64,000 nt of DNA from Promethearchaeota archaeon (lineage in GTDB: Archaea; Asgardarchaeota; Lokiarchaeia; Sigyniarchaeales; SOKP01). Where the stretch lies: positions 1 through 64,000 of the forward strand of contig JAUVXW010000010.1 in NCBI GenBank assembly GCA_030603385.1. Reading direction: 5' to 3'. Made by a program: the position numbers and the translations under genes. Under the pieces are notes generated by a model that was not told where the DNA came from, searched no databases, and worked only from the letters and a program-made list of their open reading frames with translations. Below are positions 58,435 through 64,000 of the stretch, one piece after another. Numbering within the stretch: position 1 is the first letter of the stretch; every line of letters starts with the position of its first letter.

Positions 58435-60684
58435 TTGAGAATGGAAGAATTACTTAACATTGCAAAAAAAGCGTTTCCACCCGTATCTGGTTCAGAAAAA
58501 GTAGAGGGAATTCAAGACGAGGTTGAAATTTTATGGGATAAATGGGGTATCCCACATATCTATGCAAATTCAGTTGATGATGCGTACTTTGCTCAAGGAT
58601 ATATTCATGCAAGTCATAGATTATGGCAATTAGAGTTTTTTAAGAGAGTTACATCAGGAAGTATATCTGAAATCGTTGGAGAAACTACAATTGATATGGA
58701 TAAGCATTATAGAATAATTGGTTTGCATCGAATCGCAAAAAAAAGTGTGGAAAATCTGAGGAAAGACCCAAATAATGAAACGTTGCAAGGTTTAAATTCA
58801 TATGTGGAAGGAATAAATGCTGGTATTGAAAAAGCAACTCAAAATCCACCTATCGAATTCACCATTCTAAATATTAAACTTCAAGAATGGAGCTTAGAAG
58901 ATTCTCTTCGAATTATGAGTTTTATAGAGTGGGGATTAGGTGGTTGGAGTTATACTCTAGAACTATTACGTGAACAATTGATTATGGATTTAGGTCTTGA
59001 GATGGCAGATAAGCTTATTCCACTTTATTCTGGAGCAAAAGTAGAAAAACCATTGGGTAGTAACGGTTGGGCTGTTAGCCCCCATAAATCAGAATCAGGA
59101 GCTGTTTTATTAGCGAATGACCCTCACTTACCACTTACACTTCCTGCGATTTGGATCCTTATGCATTTAAGTTGTCCGGGTTTGAATACTATTGGCTCAT
59201 CTTTCCCGGGAGTACCTAGTGTCGTGTTGGGACACAATGAAAACATTGCATGGGGAGCAACAACTGTAACATCGGATAATGTTGATCTCTTTAAATTAAA
59301 AATAAATCCTGAGAATGAAAACCAATACAAATACAATGGGAAATGGATTGATTTTGAGGTTATTGATGAACCGATAAGAATTCAAGATAATGTTGAACCG
59401 ATTGATTTTAAAGTGAAACTTTCTAAATTCGGACCAGTTGTAGAATATATTGAACTTCAGACAAACGTGCATAAAATTAATCTTCCTGAGAAATACGCTT
59501 TACACTGGACTAGTTATGATGTGAATTTAGAAGATACGATTGAAGGGTTTAGAACGATAAATTCTGCCTCTAATTGGCGTGAATTTCGTGAAGCTTTGAG
59601 TAAAATGACGATCACACCCCAAAATTTTATATATGGAGATATAGAGGGCAATATTGGTCATCAACATGGAGGAAAGCTTCCTTTACGAAAATATGGGGAT
59701 GGAGCAACAGTGACTCCTGGTACAGATGAGAAATTTAATTGGAGTGGATTAGTACCTTTTGAAAAAATGTTTTCAATATATAATCCCGAGCATGGATTCG
59801 TTTATACAGCTAACTATAATGAAGATAAAGCCCCCAATGACGTTTTAATAGCTCAAGATCGAGCTAAACCTTATCGCCAAAAAAGAATTAAAAACTTACT
59901 CCAATCAAAAGAAATTTTCTCAATTCAAGATTTTAAAAATTACCAACTCGATTATTTTACAGAAGAAGCACCAGAATTTCTACCTACGATGCTGAAATAT
60001 ATAAAGGCCAAAGCACATACAGAGGTTCATAAGGAACTTATTTCACTATTAGAAAATTGGGATTATTTTTTAACGAAAAATAGTGTTGCTGGTACGATTT
60101 ACAAAATTTGGTGTCAAGAAACCCTAAAAGCTATCTTAGTTCCTCTAATAGGAAAAGAACTTTTTGAAATTCATTTAACGTCCAACCCATTTGAGCTTGA
60201 TAGACTCTTTAAATTATATGATGAAAAAGTTGATGAGCTTGAACAAACTTTGTTTACAGCATTCGAAAAAACAATAGATTTCTTAACAGAAAAATTTTCT
60301 TCAGATTTTACTAAATGGAAATGGGGAAATTTACACAAAGTGGTTCTTACTCATCCGTTCTCTCAAGCTAATGAGGAAGCTAAAATGTTAAATATAGGCC
60401 CTTTTAAAATTGGTGGGGATGGAAACACGTTGAATAGTGGTTATTATGATCCAATCAATAACTATGAAGTTATTGCAGGGCCATCATATCGCCAAATACA
60501 TGATCTCTCGGATTGGGATAAGTCAATAGGAGTTATCCCTGGGGGTCAATTGGGATTACCTTTCCATAAGCATTACAACGATTTAATGAAATTATGGGTA
60601 AAAGGAAAATATGTCCCTTTATTATTTACTAGAGAAGAAATTTCTAAAAACCTCGAGGGAACATTTAAATTAATACCGAATTGA
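58435..60684 (+). CDS. Penicillin acylase / AHL-acylase family Ntn hydrolase
   Basis: DKWGIPHIYA, GYIHASHRLWQ, beta-chain start GSNGWAV, ANDPHL and TANYN; no signal peptide. Confidence 0.92.
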   Translation: MRMEELLNIAKKAFPPVSGSEKVEGIQDEVEILWDKWGIPHIYANSVDDAYFAQGYIHASHRLWQLEFFKRVTSGSISEIVGETTIDMDKHYRIIGLHRIAKKSVENLRKDPNNETLQGLNSYVEGINAGIEKATQNPPIEFTILNIKLQEWSLEDSLRIMSFIEWGLGGWSYTLELLREQLIMDLGLEMADKLIPLYSGAKVEKPLGSNGWAVSPHKSESGAVLLANDPHLPLTLPAIWILMHLSCPGLNTIGSSFPGVPSVVLGHNENIAWGATTVTSDNVDLFKLKINPENENQYKYNGKWIDFEVIDEPIRIQDNVEPIDFKVKLSKFGPVVEYIELQTNVHKINLPEKYALHWTSYDVNLEDTIEGFRTINSASNWREFREALSKMTITPQNFIYGDIEGNIGHQHGGKLPLRKYGDGATVTPGTDEKFNWSGLVPFEKMFSIYNPEHGFVYTANYNEDKAPNDVLIAQDRAKPYRQKRIKNLLQSKEIFSIQDFKNYQLDYFTEEAPEFLPTMLKYIKAKAHTEVHKELISLLENWDYFLTKNSVAGTIYKIWCQETLKAILVPLIGKELFEIHLTSNPFELDRLFKLYDEKVDELEQTLFTAFEKTIDFLTEKFSSDFTKWKWGNLHKVVLTHPFSQANEEAKMLNIGPFKIGGDGNTLNSGYYDPINNYEVIAGPSYRQIHDLSDWDKSIGVIPGGQLGLPFHKHYNDLMKLWVKGKYVPLLFTREEISKNLEGTFKLIPN

Positions 60685-60733
60685 AAAAAATAATATTTCT
60701 ATCTAACATTTTAATAATTAAAAAATTGAAAAT

Positions 60734-62035
60734 ATGATTGAAATGAGTGAAAAAAAGCGATATAAAACTCAAGTAATAAATGATGAAATTTTAGAGAAAC
60801 TTAGTCTTGAAAATAGATATAAATTCGTAAGAGATAATCTAAGAGTAATTTTATCTGACCAACAATATAATTTTCTTGAGCAAGCTCAAAAATTCTGTTT
60901 AAATTATGAAACTAAAAATAAGATCACACATGGACCCGATGAGGATATTTACGATTGGGTTCCTGATTTTGGGAAAGAAGGATATATAACCCGTCAAACT
61001 CCATATGAATGTATCGATTTAAATTATGAAGATTTTGGAATTGCTATAGAATTTATGAGGATACTTGCTCTGGATAATTTCGATCCTCAATTTGCGATGA
61101 GTACTGGAGCAACAGTTATTTGTATCAATCCCATTTATGCGCATCATGAAAATGTTCCTGATAGACTAGAAGCATTAAAGGAACTCGTCACTGGTCAAGA
61201 AGTAGGATGTTTATTAATCACAGAACCGGAAAGAGGTTCGGATGCAGTACATCAATTAACCACTTGTGAAAAACAAGATGATGGGGGTTTTCTATTAAAT
61301 GGGGAAAAAATTTTTAATACAAATGCTCCCAAGTCGAAATGGGCTGTTGCTTACGCCACTGCTGAAGCAAATAATGGAAATCTCATGGCACAGTTTTTAA
61401 TTAATACAAATTGGGAAAACTGGGAATGTGAACGGGTGAATATTCCATGGACGCCTAAGCTATTTATAGGAAAGGAATATCTTAAGAATCTAAGAGTTCC
61501 AAAAGAATATGTGTTGGGAGAAATTGGAAAAGGAAGAGAGCATCTATTTGAGGGTTTGATTCCTGAAAGAATAGCAATCGCAGTGAGATGTATAAGTGCT
61601 TGCTGGGGGGCATTAGCGCATGCAGTTATTTACGCTAACATGAGAAGACAATTTGAAAAGGAAATATTACTTTTTCAAGGAGTTGGTTTTTCATTGGCAG
61701 ATTTATGGGCTAAGACAGCTGGTTTAACTCATGGTGTTCTAAAGTTCGCAGAAACTTATGATGAAAAACGTGAAAAATATGGAGGAAATCTGCCAGATCC
61801 AATAGCTCAATCAATGGTTTCTTCAGCAAGTCAGTATAAATATAATTGTGCTAACTTAGCCAAGATAGTATGCTTTGAAACGGCTAATTTGATGGGTGGA
61901 GCGGGTGTATGCGATAACACTTTAATGCATGATTATATTGGTGTATCAAGGATATTGGAGGTTGTCGGGGGCACGAAACAAATACAGCAGTTTATTATGT
62001 CGAGAAGTTTAAGGAGAATGTTCAAAAACTTATAG
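60734..62035 (+). CDS. Acyl-CoA dehydrogenase (paralog of 57026-58309)
   Basis: ITEPERGSDA, LNGEKIFNTN, PERIAIA, RRQFEK and MGGAG. Confidence 0.92.
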   Translation: MIEMSEKKRYKTQVINDEILEKLSLENRYKFVRDNLRVILSDQQYNFLEQAQKFCLNYETKNKITHGPDEDIYDWVPDFGKEGYITRQTPYECIDLNYEDFGIAIEFMRILALDNFDPQFAMSTGATVICINPIYAHHENVPDRLEALKELVTGQEVGCLLITEPERGSDAVHQLTTCEKQDDGGFLLNGEKIFNTNAPKSKWAVAYATAEANNGNLMAQFLINTNWENWECERVNIPWTPKLFIGKEYLKNLRVPKEYVLGEIGKGREHLFEGLIPERIAIAVRCISACWGALAHAVIYANMRRQFEKEILLFQGVGFSLADLWAKTAGLTHGVLKFAETYDEKREKYGGNLPDPIAQSMVSSASQYKYNCANLAKIVCFETANLMGGAGVCDNTLMHDYIGVSRILEVVGGTKQIQQFIMSRSLRRMFKNL

Positions 62036-62114
62036 TCTATCTAATTTTTTCATACTAAAGATATTAAATAAGAAAAGAAAATATAATTTTTATTAATTTT
62101 TTAATTTTAACTAC

Positions 62115-62348
62115 TTAATCTTCATCTTCATCTTCATCATCTTCTCCCAATAGCGCCTCGATTTTACCTTCTACTTCTTCCACCTTTGCAGAAAGTGATT
62201 CAATTTCTGTATAGTTTTCACATTTTTTACATCCATCATCCTGAAGGCATATATCTAATGTATCACATTTTTCTTCAAGAGCTTCTATTTTGTCTAATAA
62301 TTCTTCTTTTTGCACCTCAAGTTGTTCAATACTCATTTTTAACACCAA
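62115..62348 (-). CDS. Small coiled-coil protein with a central Cys cluster and acidic tail
   Basis: Heptad helices flank CDTLDIC...GCKKC; ends DDEDEDED. Confidence 0.7.
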   Translation of the reverse strand: MVLKMSIEQLEVQKEELLDKIEALEEKCDTLDICLQDDGCKKCENYTEIESLSAKVEEVEGKIEALLGEDDEDEDED

Positions 62349-62499
62349 ATAATATTAAATAAAATAGGATATGTTAATAAATTTTTATTCTTTAAAAGTT
62401 AGAATTTACAGAATACATAAATATACAATAATAAATAGAACTTTCGCATAAACTAATATCAATGGGTAAATAAAAAAAACCATTGTGAAATTGTGAAAT

Positions 62500-63165
62500 T
62501 TAGGGTGTGTCCATAGATGTCTCTTCTTTTTTTCGAATCTTCTTAATTATTTTCTTATAATTTTTAACTGAATTTTTAACTAAATAGTGTGTTTCTTTAG
62601 GGATATCCTCATCTTCAATTTCAAGGTCTTGAATTATAAAATCTAACCCTAAGGTTAATTTATAGGATTCTTCAAGTTCATTCTTGACAAATGAATCTAT
62701 TAATGAGGATTTTCCAACGGCAGCAGCACCTACAAGTAATATTTTGAACCTAAAGTGATTTGAATCAATAACTTCCCCTAACCTTGGTTTGAAATCTAAT
62801 AATGCAGTTAGAGCTAATCGATAAAACAATTTATTAACATTTTTGCTTTTTAATGCCGATGTTTCAATATATTCAAAAAGACTATATTGATTTACCATTT
62901 GTATTATTTTTTCACGAGGAAACGTTTCTCCAATGTCTTTTTTCAAATCATTTTTATTACCCACTAAAATAATTGGGATATTTCCAGACCGTTCGCGTAT
63001 GTCATCAAAATATTCTTCGATTGAATCAAAAGTATCAGGGCGAGATAAATCGAAAACTAAACCTACCGCTGCAACTCCACTAAAAAAACCTGTTTTAAAG
63101 AACTCAAATCGTTCTTGACCGGCTATATCCCACAGACTGAGAGTTAATTTCAAAAGAGATCTCAA
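62500..63165 (-). CDS. Circularly permuted Rab-like small GTPase (G3-G4-G5-G1-G2)
   Basis: WDIAGQERF at aa 12-20, NKND 70-73, ETSA 101-104, GAAAVGKSS 146-154 and YKLTLGLDF 168-176. Confidence 0.85.
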   Translation of the reverse strand: MRSLLKLTLSLWDIAGQERFEFFKTGFFSGVAAVGLVFDLSRPDTFDSIEEYFDDIRERSGNIPIILVGNKNDLKKDIGETFPREKIIQMVNQYSLFEYIETSALKSKNVNKLFYRLALTALLDFKPRLGEVIDSNHFRFKILLVGAAAVGKSSLIDSFVKNELEESYKLTLGLDFIIQDLEIEDEDIPKETHYLVKNSVKNYKKIIKKIRKKEETSMDTP

Positions 63166-63206
63166 ATACTTTTGTTAATAATATAAATTAATTTATGTAT
63201 TTTATA

Positions 63207-63953
63207 TTATTTATTTGAAGTTTTTTCTAAATAAAGGGGAACTGATGATTCCCAAACTCCGATATATTCGTCTAATAAACAAAAACTTAGATTAAACCCC
63301 ATAGTTTTGTAAAATTCTTTAAGAGTCTTAAAATTAAAACTCCACTTATCTCTTTTATGATAGGGATTAATCCCATCATTATCCAGAAAGAGAAAATCAA
63401 TGATTTTTATGATAGATATTGGTAAAAATTTTCCAAAATAAATGATAATTTTAAATACTCTATCTCGAGCATTGATTTCTTTTGGCTTTACAGCGTACGG
63501 TTCGCATATAATTATTTTACGTGCGGACTCCTTAGCCATGTTAATTAATTCAACGTGTTTTGGGTAAACATGGTGCAAAACATCAGATATTACAATCACA
63601 TCGAATTTTTCCCTTAAATAATCTTGAAAATCGAAAATGTCTTTTTGTTTTAATACTATTTTTTTTAGTTTTATGTTCCGTTTTTTTAACTCTTTATTCT
63701 TAATTCGTTTTAAAAATCGATGATTTAGATCAACACCTTCATATTCAATCAAAGGATGCAAGAAACGCATCAAATATCCTGTACCACACGGCAAATCTAA
63801 AACTCTTTTTGGGCCTTTACCGATTAGTTTAGCAATTGTTAAAAACTTTTTATCTTGGTCATAAAGTCTTCTTGTTATAGCATTATAAAGCCAGCCACTA
63901 CGATATATTAGGCTTTTAAAACCATTCAAAACTGTTTTATCTCCTTTAATCAT
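63207..63953 (-). CDS. Class I SAM-dependent methyltransferase
   Basis: Motifs VLDLPCGTG, GVDLN and FDVIVISDVLHH. Confidence 0.88.
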   Translation of the reverse strand: MIKGDKTVLNGFKSLIYRSGWLYNAITRRLYDQDKKFLTIAKLIGKGPKRVLDLPCGTGYLMRFLHPLIEYEGVDLNHRFLKRIKNKELKKRNIKLKKIVLKQKDIFDFQDYLREKFDVIVISDVLHHVYPKHVELINMAKESARKIIICEPYAVKPKEINARDRVFKIIIYFGKFLPISIIKIIDFLFLDNDGINPYHKRDKWSFNFKTLKEFYKTMGFNLSFCLLDEYIGVWESSVPLYLEKTSNK

Positions 63954-64000
63954 TGAAATATGTGAAAATTCGTCTTGTTAAATCTGAAAAATTAAGAGAT

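Noticed and set aside
62482-62500. Short tandem ATTGTGAA-ATTGTGAA-ATT after the permuted GTPase
   Set aside because: Too short to separate from chance or replication slippage.
18288-63118. Remaining short overlapping ORFs (e.g. 18288, 19377, 22917, 23713, 25727, 33524, 40608, 41396, 44435, 45466, 46778, 46869, 49419, 51106, 53806, 57526, 59124, 62933)
   Set aside because: Shadow ORFs of longer genes with recognisable products.
1-64000. Selenoprotein genes or SECIS elements, tRNAs, transposases
   Set aside because: I saw no in-frame TGA within conserved genes, no cloverleafs and no transposase motifs; a manual read could miss weak cases.

Overview
Strongly AT-rich, gene-dense archaeal chromosomal segment, most likely from an Asgard archaeon (Lokiarchaeia-like). 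The assignment rests on five Rab/Ras-like small GTPase genes, longin and longin-roadblock proteins and ribosomal protein eL22, alongside archaeal core genes (ileS, cysS, aIF2-gamma, aIF1A, Spt5, TFS, Tes-type radical SAM, form III RuBisCO with ribose-1,5-bisphosphate isomerase). I saw no rRNA, tRNA, CRISPR array or intact transposase. The most notable observations are: (1) a circularly permuted Rab-like GTPase with motif order G3-G4-G5-G1-G2 at 62500-63165; (2) an Ile-rich leader peptide with alternative base pairings and a U-tract upstream of ileS, resembling ribosome-mediated attenuation; (3) an unidentified ~280-nt structured, pseudoknotted intergenic RNA at 49061-49336; (4) a Rab-V4R-Rab gene cluster; (5) a 217-codon Met-rich insertion bounded by an exact 14-bp direct repeat inside an ABC ATPase domain; (6) a small accessory island between rbcL and rpl22e; and (7) probable ATT/ATA start codons. 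All calls come from reading motifs by eye; no searches or folding programs were run.
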